This document shows positions 1 to 12,808 of a stretch of 64,000 nt of DNA, one piece after another. Both the position numbers and the translations under genes were made by a program. The notes below the pieces were generated by a model, which searched no databases, was not told the origin of the DNA, and saw only the letters and a list, made by a program, of their open reading frames with translations. The number at the start of each line of letters is the position of its first letter. Position 1 is the first letter of the stretch. Origin of the DNA: Epiperipatus broadwayi (lineage: Eukaryota > Animalia > Onychophora); NCBI GenBank assembly GCA_028023455.1, contig JAQFVV010000006.1, positions 17,546,001 through 17,610,000 on the forward strand, in the 5' to 3' direction.

Positions 1-175
1 GGTGACTATGATTATTAAAGAACCAAAGACCAAAAAATATGGATGCTGAACTGAGTTCAGATCTATAGAACTATACAAACTGATGAGCTTAGCTTGAAAA
101 CATTATTGTGTTTTCATTTGGACTCAAAGCTTTATAGTTAGCTAAAAAAGTAAAAGGTGGCTGCTGGAGAGTTGC

Positions 176-432
176 ATTAGATCCTAAGATCTAGGTGCAG
201 CGCTCTCAGATCTAAGGCTCCTCACTGATGAAAACCACAAGCTAGAAATTAGTCTGGGGATATTTGATGAGTAGGCACTAGATATGGATTTTATGCACTA
301 ACCTTTTTGCATCCATTGATTACTCTGGTTTGCACTGAGGGGCCCTACTGTATGGAAAGTTTTGCTTCTATAAAAAAACATTTTGTGTAAGCCTAAAGAA
401 TGGTGATCATGTGATGTTTGATGGTTTTATTT
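176..432 (+). mobile_element. Family A short PLE-type 3' fragment with hammerhead motif
   Basis: Homologous to the reverse complement of 50758-50950 and to the 50953-51095 tail (shared ...GATCATGTGATGTTT); carries a hammerhead core at 225-254. Confidence 0.75.
219..260 (+). ncRNA. Minimal type-I hammerhead motif, family A (stem II weakened)
   Basis: TCCTCA(219-224)-CTGATGA(225-231)-AAACCACAAGCTA-GAAAT-TA-GTC(252-254)-TGGGGA(255-260). Stem I has 6 bp including a G-U pair. Confidence 0.7.
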
Positions 433-438
433 TATTTT

Positions 439-720
439 CTATAGTCTCTTTTGGTTTCTAAAAGCTGTCCTCACATTAGTAGAACTGAAAGTATGACCTG
501 TATCAAGCTCATGATGAAGGAAGATCAAATTTATGTTCTTTTTGTTTGCTCTGTTGCATAAGTATGTGTGCTGGACAATCCTCATCAATCTAGTCACCCT
601 CAATTCTCCATAATACATAGAAATACAAAGTGGAGCACTGCATGTGAAATTGTAAACTAGTTGAGGAGTGTGTTCCAATGGTATTTGTGATAATGCGTAG
701 TATGTTTGTGTATTCTTCAA
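439..720 (-). mobile_element. Penelope-like element GIY-YIG endonuclease fragment (decayed)
   Basis: ORF reads LVYNFTCSAPLCISMYYGE..RLMRIVQH..HELDTGHTFSSTNVR, matching the PLE pattern VYxxxCxxCxxxYxGxT..RxxEH..GHxF..NV. Confidence 0.8.
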
Positions 721-989
721 TTGGTCATGTTGGTTGAATGATTGTTACTATTTTATTAAGGGATACTGTTTGGGTAGTTTTTTTTTGTTGTTGTTGTAAT
801 AATAATATTTAGATTATTTTTTATTTTAAGGGAATAATATTTATTAGTTGTCATTTGGAATTATTTAACAAATTGTTTAGTGAGGAAGAAATCTAAAGCC
901 GACCCTATAAGTGTCAGCACATAATATTCCTTAAGTTTTTTTTACTATTTTAGGGATGTATGGAAGGCTTATACAGCTGAGTAAAACAA

Positions 990-1295
990 AATAAATATAA
1001 TTTGATCTTCCTCGATCATGAATTTACTATGGGTCATACTTTCAGTCTTAATAATGTGAGGGCAGTTTGTGCCAAAAGAGACTATAGTAAAGGAAAATAC
1101 AAAGAGGCATGGGCAATTGCAAAGAATTCAAATGCAATCAACAGAAAAGATTCATGCTTTCCATTTTCAAAAAAAATGAAATATTTAAATGCCTCATTTA
1201 CATAATAAATTACATCCATATATAGACATAATTTTCAACTGTTAAACAAAGCAGCACTAGGATTCTGGGTGGTCAACTGAAAGCATGCTTAGTGC
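990..1295 (+). mobile_element. PLE endonuclease C-terminus plus 3' end with damaged hammerhead
   Basis: ORF IFLDHEFTMGHTFSLNNVR..KYKEAWAIAK..AIN. Downstream GCACT(1254-1258)...GAAAGCATGCTT(1279-1290)AGTGC(1291-1295). Confidence 0.75.
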
Positions 1296-2639
1296 AATAC
1301 AAAAGTTTTGAATATTAACTATTACCTTTTCTTAATATTTGATTATAATGAGTTTATAATAATTACAATACTTAAAAAAAATAGGATTAAATATTGTTTA
1401 GAATTAATTTAATGAAATTTATATATATTTAAAAAAGCGTATAATCTGACTTCACCAGAAAAACATATATATATATTTAATGCATAATTTGAATATATCA
1501 AAAACATTTCATTTTTTAATTACATTACTAAATTAAGAAAAAAAAACTAACAAAAGAGAAGTAATAGCTCTACAAATATATATAAAACATTTTTTTCTCT
1601 CATAGGAGAATATAACTAATGTCTATGAAATTTCTAGAGCTGGAATTGCTGCTTTGTTATTGGTTATTACTTCTGCCATCCGTGGAAATAATGAAAACTA
1701 AAATATAGAACTAATATCATTAAAATGGAGCCATTCAGTGCAAAATTGCACAAAAATTATTAAGCTTTTGGTCAATCTAAATGTTACAAAATATAATATT
1801 ACAAAATGAGTTTTATCTGTGCCATGACATTAAATTACAGATTTTTGATTTTTTTTTTATAAAAAGATTGTATATATAATTGGTTTTAAAGAAAACATTT
1901 TGCTCATTATCTGTTTGAAAGATATATTCATTTAGAAAAATAAAATGAATAGATTATTTTAAAGATAAGAATGAAGGAAACGCTAACCAATTCTAAGAGC
2001 ATGCAAATTTTTACAATTTTCAGAAGGTGAATACATGTTATTAATTACAAAACGACTTATTTAAATAGTATTGTGGGAAGATTTTTTGCAGAATACTTGT
2101 TGGTATTTAATTCATTAAAATAGATATGTTATTTACTAAGTTAATTAAAGCATAATAATTTCCTTCATATATATTTTTTTAAATATATCAAATTTGCTTA
2201 TTTGAAAATACTTGTATTTTTTACTGAAATATTTATATAGATTTTTTTTTTTTTAGAAATAAATATTTCAAAACAATTGTAAATTTTATTTGTCCATATT
2301 ATTTAATGAGGGAATTCATATTAGAAAAATCATATGTTAATTCAGAATTGGTGGGGAAATATCAATCTGAGATATGTTGATAAGTCTACACTTTGATGCC
2401 AAAAATGGAGAAGTCCTGATTATGCTTATTAAGAAAATTAAAGAATACAGTTTTAAAATTGGTTAACAAAATTGAAGGTAAATGAAACCACGATGTTTGA
2501 TTAATGTTTATTCATCACCATTGATGAAAACATTAGTTATCACCTCATCCCAGGTGCAAATTGCAATGAAAAATTAAGAAAAATGTCTTTAGTTAGAGTG
2601 AGGATATATTTTTAAAACAAAGAGCAGAATTGTTTTTGG

Positions 2640-2720
2640 ATATGAAAATTGAGTGATTCTGAATAATGGTTCATGAAAGATTCTAAGTGGATGATATTTG
2701 CATCATTAGAAATGATTAAT
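2640..2720 (+). mobile_element. Possible PLE reverse transcriptase remnant
   Basis: One frame reads RF*VDDICII, similar to the RYVDDIF motif; heavily decayed. Confidence 0.3.
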
Positions 2721-3052
2721 TTGTAATTGTCTTATTATTTTTAGACATATTGTGAAGCAATTTAATTCATTAGAAAAGTGTATAATCCATTCTACTGGCA
2801 TTGAAAGAAGAAAAGCACGATCAAGAATTAAATCTATGGTTAATGTATCTCTACAAACCAAAAAATCAAATTGATAACTCAATCTAGAGATTGTTATATA
2901 TATTATCAGCAGTTATCGACCTAAAGATCTGAACTCAGACTTAAAAGTCTGTACTAGAGTAATACTTAAGACTACTGAGAGTACATTTTTTGAATGTCCA
3001 AGAGAAATTGAACTAATGTTTATGATATTTGAAATTGTTTTGATTACGACAA

Positions 3053-3373
3053 CTAGTGATAATAATTTGTTATCAAAGTAGTGTAGGGAGATAATGATGC
3101 ATTAAAGTGACCAGTTGTGTGAATGTTGGAGACAGCAGATAGAGGTCGGAATTTTTTTTTCATAGAATATAAGGTAGTAGAGAATGGTTGCAATGGACTA
3201 TCACAAACATTACATGGTAAGCCATACATGATATGAAAAGCACCAGTTGGATAAAATACTTGAGAAAAGATGAGAAAGCTGCATGGAAAGTCATAACAAG
3301 GAATAGTTTTTTTAAGGATTGTAGTCCCCAGAGAGAGAGAGAGAGAGAGAACTACTTGTTTATCCTGTGACAT
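3053..3373 (-). mobile_element. PLE GIY-YIG endonuclease fragment (second family, decayed)
   Basis: ORF contains MYGLPCNVCDS and SAVSNIHTTGHF, similar to VYxIPCxxC and SAVAEHxxxTGH. Confidence 0.55.
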
Positions 3374-6300
3374 TCAACACTAACAATAACTCTTTGTTTT
3401 AGATGGTGAGTAGGCCTTGTTTTTAGGTTGTGGGGACTGGAAAAAAATTATATTGTTATAATTTTAATGGCAAATTCTATATTAATTAGTTCCACAATCT
3501 CTTGAACTGTCATGAAACTTTTGTTTGTAATAAAAGCCAAATTTTATCTGTTTCTGTTAAAATTGGAATGTCTACATATGCAGATTTGAGTGATTATAAT
3601 ATTTGACAATTTGCCCTTATAATTAACATCTCTTTTGTCAAGACTGGCTATTAGACATTAGATTCTTTTACTCCATGTTTCATCTTTTTTTATTTTCCCC
3701 CCATTCAGGAAAAATAGAAATTCATTCTTTAGAGTGTTTATATTGTTCATCAATGATGAACAAATGCTATCTCTTGATTGTCTTGTTACCATAATTCGCC
3801 TTATTAGACAGAGAACTTAGCATGTATATATATATATCATGTGTGTGAGCGTGTGTATATAATGATACTATTATTTTATAAATACAAGTTTTACATTTTT
3901 GTTTTATGATAAAATTAATCACATAGAGATCTTTTCATTATTGATAAACTTGCAGATTTTGGTTTATTAGCTAACGAAATATATTTCCAATTAACGGGTA
4001 TTCATATCTGTGTATAAGCGAGCTGTTTATAGTTAAATTGAATGTAATAAATCATAGCATACAAGTAAAAATTAGACGTGAATCGTAAGGGGCTGCTAAA
4101 ATATAATGAATGAAATAAATAAATGCTTTTATTATCTCCTTTGTTAATGGAATTCAGTTGCACGTTTCGGTTAGGATGCTTTTTAGTTTAATGTAGTTCA
4201 CTAAATAAATGATGCACTGCTGAACAAGCTAAACAAAATTAATGGGGTACAATAAATAGACCTTTTAGCTACCTACCATTAGTCACATTTTGTAGCCTTA
4301 TAAAATGTCTGTGTCAGAATGTCGATCTTGTGTGAGAGTCTAATTAGAATAATATTTACGACAATGTTTAGTTGAAGACCTCTGAAGGTAATTAGACAAT
4401 AAAATTATTAAAATTTTATAAAAATATTATCTAATCAACAAAGATAAAAGAAATTAATTAATTAATTCAAGATCATTATCATAAATTTTAAATTATCAAT
4501 CCACTGCAAAATGAAAGTCTTTCTGAATTTAATTTGATTTTCCTTATCCTTAATTACAGAAAATCTTTTCTCATCCAATTATGAAGGATTTTTTTCTAGA
4601 TTTCTTTTTAATCTCTTCTAATGACATTTCCAGTTCAGTTCCATTTCAGTCTTCATTCCTTCAGTGATGTGAGCATTATTTATTCTCTTGTTTATGTATT
4701 TAATTTTGCTAATCCCTATATACTTTGTATTTCTGTTCAAAGTCCAAATTGCAGATCCAAAAGTTAAAACTAGAAAAACATTTATTAAAAAAAACTTTCT
4801 TTTCAAGCATTCAAGCATATTTTCTTAATATTAAAATGGTATCTTTTATTTCACCATGTATGAAAGAAATTTTACAATTTTTTTTTTTTTAAATTTCATG
4901 AATCTTTTTGTTTTTATTGCACATAAGTACTTTGCCGCATCAAATCAGAAAGAATACAAAAGTGAAGAATAAAATATATGTGCTTTTAATGTAAACTGAA
5001 GAAGCATTACTAATAAATATAATTGTGTATGGCATTCCGAAATGGAAAATGACTGCTGCTGTATTATATACAATTTAGATTTGTGAATTTTAATATGTTT
5101 TTAAATATGGCACTCACAGATGGTAAAATAGCTGATGTCGTTACATTAAATTTATTAAATATTCAAATTTTTAAGTTGTTTTTTTTTTTTTTGTTTATAT
5201 TTTTTTTTTTTTTGGATAGCATAAAATTGAAATAATGTACATTGATATAGAGCATGTCATGGCTTTCATTGTGTATATATGGATTAGATTCATACGATTT
5301 ACAATTAAAAAATTAAATTCTACATATCTGAAAGTATGCTCAGAATAGAGTATATGAAAAATAATGTGTAGAAATTGTACTACTTAAAGAAAGAACATTA
5401 GAGATGAGAGAGGTGGATAATTTCATTTATTTGAGTCAGTTAAAGCAGACAAAATGAATATTAAAAACAAAATGATTTGTTACTCAGGAATTCATTAGAA
5501 ATTCGAGTACCAAAAATGACATGAGCCCATGATATTAAACCAGACAGGGCAATAATATGGTTGAAATAAATTAATAAAATATGGAATTCATTTATATTTA
5601 AAGAAATTGTGTTTTTATGCATAAATGGAATATTTGGTAAACACATTGTGAATTCTAAATATTGTAATGGTATATGCCATTACATTAATTTAAAATTAGA
5701 ATAAAAAAATTTTTTAAGTTCGTAAATAAAAAACTAAAAGCTAAAATTAAAGAGTTGTTCAATGTATGTATATATATATTCGCACAGATGCAAAACTTTA
5801 AAAATTATTTTCATTTAAAAAAAATAATAATAATAATATTTGAACGTACTTTTTATAAAAAAAAAGTACATAAAAAAGTACAAGATCTAAAGATAAAATA
5901 TTTTTGTAAATAGAAATGATGTGTTTATTAATTAAACGAAAAGCAAACTAGCCCTTGGGGCTCTTGTAGAAAAAAGTCAGATGAAAGATATAGATAAGAG
6001 AATTAAAAAAATTAGAATGTCCAATAGAAGCAGTAACCAATTGCTCTGACCTTAATGGAAATTATTGGAACAGGAAACGATGTTCAATGAATCCTGAGGA
6101 GTACTATAAAAGAAAAAAATATTCAAATTACAACAGTTCCAGCTTGATTTTATGAGAAGGGCGATAAGACGCACTTGTCACTCTCTCTCACTTATTTCAA
6201 ATAAAATGTCTGTAATACCAGGATTGAACCAGCTAAGGCCACCTCCAGAACAACAGACTGGATTTCAAATAGAGACGTCACGGGAATTGGCACTAGGAAC

Positions 6301-6820
6301 TGTGATTCTTCTACTGTAAGACATGAAGGATAAAATTTAAAAGTAGTTAAGAACTTTCGTTAAGATTGGACAAGCTTTTAATATTCAGCTAACCTAAATT
6401 TTGAAATGAACTTTTATCTGACTTAAGTTTCCAAATTAATTATTGTTTAATTTTAATACATGTGAGTTTGCTAAAAATCATTTCCATTCTCTTTTTTCTT
6501 TTTTTATTTCTATTAATATTTATTGTATAATTTATTTAAATGCATTAAATTTACATTGGATATAGACACTTGCATAGATTCATTATTGGTTAATTATGTT
6601 TTTGTTTTTATATTTGATTAAAATATATAGACATTCGGTAAATAATGATACCTTATGATGAGTATCTAAAATGTATTTATTCGGATGTCTTTTAAGTTAT
6701 TGGTGTCAATTCGGCATCTTATGATGAATGCCATTGGGTTTCTTATAAATTTCCCTCTGCAATTCCATCAATGACTTTATATTTTGATTGTTTATGTTTA
6801 TTTTGAAATGTTTTTGACCG

Positions 6821-7101
6821 TGTAATCTATGTGGCCGATCTATACTCAACATTAAAAAACAAACTTTATAAAATTCATCTGTGTGAACTTATATAAATGT
6901 TAAATTTAAGTCGGACATGAATGGCTATATAGATTTATAAAGTTATATTAATTAATTAATTAAGGGAGGGTTAATCTTAGGTTATTTGTTTCATAGTTAG
7001 ATTGGGTCAATGGATTGGATATATTGGTGTAATTAGTAAATGTAGTATGAGGTTCGCTACGTGAAGGATCTCCATTATACACCGCACACCCCCTTTTTGC
7101 C
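6821..7101 (-). mobile_element. Possible LTR (TG...CA, 268 bp) preceded by a polypurine tract
   Basis: Minus strand reads GGC-AAAAAGGGGG (7089-7098) immediately followed by TGTGCGG at 7088; a candidate end ...ATTACA lies at 6821. No second LTR or TSD found. Confidence 0.35.
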
Positions 7102-9399
7102 TATGGAAGGGAATTAAATTCATTTGTATGAATGGTTTAAAATTTTAAAATAATAATTTAAATTGAAAGTTAATATTAAAATCTAAGATAATAAATGTTA
7201 TTCCTCAAATTTTAAATGATTATATATGTGCAGTAATAAATGTTTTGTGTGTTAATTACTGGCAGTGGCTTTTATTTTTTATATTTAAGATACAAATTAA
7301 GCAAAGTTATATATTATTATCTCTGCGTCTCCACTGAGCTAGTGACTGGGGCCAACAGTCTAAAATAATAAATAAAAGTTGGATCTTTAACAGCGCGTAT
7401 CTGCCTACTCTATAAAATTTCTAGGTTCAAGTAGCCTAGTGGCGCTCTGGCGGCAGATACGGTAAGACTGTAAACTTCCACTTCTTTTCAGACCATTATA
7501 ATATGAAATATTGATCATATTTATCTCTGAGAATAGAATGGGAATTATGCTGGGAGCAACAAGAAAGAACAGAAAAAGAAATCTGATAATTTGAATCCAA
7601 ACTGACATCTTTGACATTGTGAAAAAGAACAAATTTAAATAGAAATGTGATTTACAGATAGTAAAAAGATAGAGAAATATTTGGATGGATATATTTGAGA
7701 TGAGAAAATGAGTTTGAGAAGTTTTCTGGGTCCTTGTAAAAGTTGAAAGCTTTGTGGAGGCTGTTTATAAAGAATTTTTTGAGGCGTTTGCTCTCCATAA
7801 AAGCTGACTTTTAATCCTAATATTTCATCTTATAATTATTTTTTATTTTACATTTTTATTTTATTTATATATTTGCAAATAAGGGTAGTGCACGAATAAC
7901 TGTTGCTACACAATAATACAAATATCTTCAATGCCTTACAATCAGCCTTCACTTGTGGCTGCTATACTGTTGAATTGAAATGCTTGACTTTTTTCCATCA
8001 GTATTGATGTACATTTTATTGGTGGCATAGGATTCTTTTAACTAAGCCAGAATGTTGTACTTTATAAGACCATTTAGCATGCTATTGAATTATCTATAGT
8101 AAAATTTCATCTTTGTTGGATTTGACAGCTGATGCAAATAGTAAGTAATAAACTTTTTTTAAAAAAGTATTTTATGTTGAAGTGAATATGTAGAAAAGGC
8201 AGATCCCATTTAATTTATAAAGATTTTATCAGGGAGATATGACTGCAAATAAAATCTAAGAGATGGCTATAAATTTAAAATATTGAAATTTTTCAAAGAG
8301 TGAAGTTTGTTGCAGAAAAAGTTAAAAGATAAGGTTACAAAATGTCAAATAAGCAGAATAAAGGACCAGCATCTGATAAGTGTTGATGTATATTGGGATT
8401 CACAATTCGATTCATATCATCATATTAAAATTAATTATAGGGGTTTTTTGCCTTTGGAATGACCACACTCATTTATGAATGATTTCTAATGATAAGAGCA
8501 TTGTTTTATTATCAGCACCATTTATTCTGGTATTCTGAAAGACTTGTTCTTATATGTAATTTAATTATATCATGATCAATAAATTTTATTAGTGCAGTGT
8601 CAGATTGTAATTCTATTTAGAAGGTAATAATCTTTCCTTACTTATGGCATGCTATAAATTTGTGATGAGGATACTATTGTTCCAGCCACAAGATAAAGAC
8701 TTTGAGAAAACAAGAATGATCATCTTATTTTCATACCTAAATGTGCTTATATAGGTTATTCTTAAATGTCTTGGAATGATAGCATATATATATATATTGT
8801 ACCTATATTGATATAGGCACATATAATTTTTATCTAAAATTATTATTAAAGTAATCTTTCATAAAAGAAATAAAATTAAATGCTGAAGAGTTTATTGCAG
8901 CTTGTTCTTGAAAAAGATAAGAATTAAATAGTTTTCTAGCGTTAGTTTTTGAAATAAAAAAAGCTACAATTAATTAATCAAAAAGGGGGGGGGGGAGTCT
9001 TGGTTTGAAAAATGAAACTAAAGGTTTACAAAAGGAAATAAATAGTTTTTATTAGTATTCATAAAAATATAATTTAAAAAGTTAAAACATACAAATCTCT
9101 TTTCATTCAAGTTTAATTAAAGAAAAAATAATGTTAAAACTAATATATGTGTAATTGTCAACAATAGAATAAATGTTATTATAAATAAATGAAAGTTAAA
9201 GAAGATTATTATTAAAAAACACGGCAATGGTTATTAATTAAAATATAAAACAACATCTCTGCATGGCTATTACTAATTAAGCAATCTTCCAAAACACGTT
9301 TATCAAAGGATTAATTGATAAAGAATTTCGACAACAGATATTTGCCAGAGGATATTGAAAAGAAAACACTTCATTGGTATAAATACTGAATATTTTATC

Positions 9400-10560
9400 G
9401 GACAATCAGTTGAGACAATCAGTTCACAAAGTAATTGAGTAGTGCAGTTCAGAAATTAATTGAGCAGTTAACAAACAAAATGCAGTGTTGAGAAGATCTT
9501 GGGAACACACGTTTATCTGCAGCCCAGATGTCCGAGAAAACAACAGATCTGCCCGTGAAATAATGTCAGCTTAACATCTTAGAAAATCTCTGTCAGTATC
9601 TATTTGTCTCCGATAGTAATAATCGTGAAAATCAGGAAACTCAGCAAGGAAACATCCCAGCCGGCTGGTAAGCATTCATAATGGAAAATCCTCACCGAAA
9701 GCAGCCACCAAAGAGAACAAAATTCTACGTCTACATTCAAAAGCCTAGGTAAAACATTTGCTTATTTCATTTATACTGTAATAGCCATTGCATTGCATTA
9801 ATTCGTATGAATCTTTCAAGAGTCTAATTATATGAACTCTATATCATACATAAATGAACTATTGATGCATGTGATTAAATTTCAAATGCTATGTAGTCCT
9901 TTATTATCATTATTATGTGTGTGCATGAGTTAATATGTGCGTGATCCTCATATCAATATTATTAGTCAAAATAGATAAATTCCCAGTGTTCTGTTATGAA
10001 AATATTCAAGAATATTTAAAACTATTTAGAATGTTAATTTAAAATATGCGTGTGTTTTATTAGAAGTATAAAATGTTTAAATTTAGTAAATAAATGTTAG
10101 TTAATAAATTATCTTTAAAATTAAACTTTATTTGTCGGTCAATTCTTTTTAACAAATTCTTTTTATCAATTCCTTTTATCAAATTATTTTATCAACTCCT
10201 TTTACAATTCTTTTATCAAGTCTTTTAACCACTAATTAAGTATAATCTATTAGTGATTACAAACAACTGAGCTAGTCATGGATTTAGGCGTTGAGTTAGT
10301 GGCCACTGTTCAAAGTGCGTTGTCTATTCTTTTAGTATTCTTTTAGAATAAACAGCTGGCGCCCGTGTTTATACACAAACAAAAAAGTGCTTTGGATTTG
10401 GTGTTCAACTCAACAGCCGAGAAGAAGCTATGTCCTGGAAATGTAATGTTAGTTATATACTTTATAGCTATCGTTTGGGCATACATACTCTCCGAGTATG
10501 TTCTTCTCTGCCTAAGAGACCGGTGTTTCGAATGCACATATTCGAACACGGTTCAATATA
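9400..10560 (+). mobile_element. LTR-retrotransposon-like 5' remnant (LTR end, PBS-like motif, structured leader)
   Basis: Tandem TTTTATCAATTC-like array at 10141-10228, AATAAA just upstream of TGGCGCCCG (about 10357-10365; 9 nt complementary to the tRNA-Lys(UUU) 3' end), then a multi-hairpin segment. The LTR start is undefined. Confidence 0.45.
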
Positions 10561-11389
10561 TATTAAATCATTCACTTTGCATCTATTTCTTTTAATAATC
10601 TTATTAGCACTTATGAAATCTTAAAATTTACTTAGTGCTAATTTCATATCAGCACTCTCATTCCATGTTACTTAAGATTGGCTTCTATTAATGCATTTAG
10701 GTTTGAAAATAAGATGGCTGTTGATCTTATTTTTTCAACGTCTTGTGGCTGAAACAAGAATATCCCCATATTTATAATCACTGATTTATAGTACAACTGC
10801 ACAAGTGATGAAAGATTATTACCTTCTAAATCGAATTAATTAGGCCATATACTTTACATTTTAATCTTTTTACATTTTCTTTGTCCTATCAATATTTATC
10901 TAGATCTATTGACATTGATAAACTAAAAAAATCAAAAAATGCTAAAGAAAACTAACATAGAATTTATATTTGGTTGATTTGCAAAACATAAGCTTGTGGT
11001 TAAGACCTGTAGAGGTCCCTACCTTCGCGTTTTCAATCGCATATGCTTTAGGTTTATGGCCTTAGTAAATATTACTTAACGTAATAAACTTATTCACAAA
11101 ATTAACACATATATACTAATAGCTAACCATTTTGTTTACATTTTGACAGAAAACTAGATTACTAATATATTTTTTTTAGATTTTTACACACCTTAAATGT
11201 TTATTTCATTAATCATTATATGCAATACACTGGTTGTAATCATACTTTGTCATTTATAAATAAATAAGTTTTTACAATTTCTGTATAATTTTAATATTTC
11301 CACGTAGAAAATCTCAAGACACTCTTATAAGAAATATGTAGACTAGTGTGAAAGTTGAAATTGTAGAGATTATAGAAGATAATAAGACA

Positions 11390-11910
11390 GAATGAACAGC
11401 TAGCTTTAAAACGAATAATGATGGCATGGATTGACAGTTTTTGCTTCCTAAGATCAATTCTCAACAGTAGAGAATTCAGTAGTTAAAAGACTCATTACAG
11501 ACTAATATTGGATTGAGATGCGGCTAAAAAACTGGAAAAATCTATCTGAAAATGAAGATAAGAATGGTTTGAGGTAGTGTGTATTGTGACTATTTATGGA
11601 GGCGAATGGTGGACACTGAAAAATGATATGTAAAATATTGACACTTTTGAACTGTAGATTAGCAGAAGCTTGTATGTTTTCCTACTGTCCATGGATTCTC
11701 AAAAATCTTTGACAGTGTAATAATCCATAAGCATTTATCTGGATGAACAAGTGGATAGGTGATCAGATGAAACCTGAAATCTTGCTTGAAACACAAATGA
11801 GCAGATTGAAAGTGTCCTAGTTTGGTATTGAGACAATTTTATTCACTAGAAATATACTGTGTGAAAGAAGAGGATAAGCAAAGAGATAGATGGACCCTTG
11901 GTATGTGCTT
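11390..11910 (+). mobile_element. RTE-clade LINE RT/thumb fragment (decayed)
   Basis: Frames read DSFCFLRSI (cf. FxYLGS), IYGGEWWTL (cf. LYGxExWTL), IDTFE and a later RLxxFG-like segment. Confidence 0.65.
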
Positions 11911-12808
11911 TAAGCAACTTAACAAACTAAACAAATGATCAATTATTCTGGAGAAATACTATCCATATAATTACGAGGAATTGATAACAACATAATGCTA
12001 TCTACGTTTTCTGTTTTAAATCGTGATTTTTCTTATACAGATTTCAGTTGCCTATTCAAATTATTTACCAAGTGGAAAATACACAAGTCATCAAATAATT
12101 TGTATATAATCGAATAAAATAATCATTTCTAAATTAATTAAGCAATTAATCAGTCTGCCAGAAGTGAATTAAACAATAATAACAACAGCAACTCCTTGTT
12201 CGTTAGATTTATATATTCTCATGATAAGCTTGATGTTATAATTCTCTTATTGGGAAACATTGATGTCTCATCTTATCATTTTTTCGATCCGTGGAACTTA
12301 TAAAAATGTTGATCCAAATAGTTGTAATTTAAATTTTTTGAAATATTAGTGATAGTAATTGGAAATGTAACTTTATTGATTACAATCAATTATTATTTTG
12401 TAGTATTTTGCTTAATATTTTAGAATCAATGAATGTCTCCTAGCAAAATATATTGTTACATGTTAATTGGGGGCTCACGTAAAAGTTATTGAAATTTAAT
12501 AGAATTATTCACTTTTTTTTTTCAATTTTGTTACAATGGCAAAATACTGCTGGGGATGCAGTTGCCTAGTCCATTGGGTCAATAACTTAAAAGGCATAAA
12601 ATAATTCAGATCTAATTAAAATAATATCTAGCATTATTATTTTGGTTCACAATTGAAACAATGTAAAAGAAATATCTTTGATAATGCATTAATAGTCATG
12701 AGATGTAACAACAAATATTGTTAAGTTCAGAGATATAAAAACAAAAACATTATTAAAAAATAAAAAATGAAGAGCTTTGCTAATTTGCTCTAACAAGCTT
12801 TATTGATA

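Noticed and set aside
74-110. CTGATGA(80-86)-GCTTAGCTT-GAAA as a hammerhead
   Set aside because: Stems I, II and III cannot all be put in register; at best a very decayed copy.
8300-8800. CR1-like RT remnant
   Set aside because: Only scattered 3-4 residue resemblances, too weak to list as a feature.
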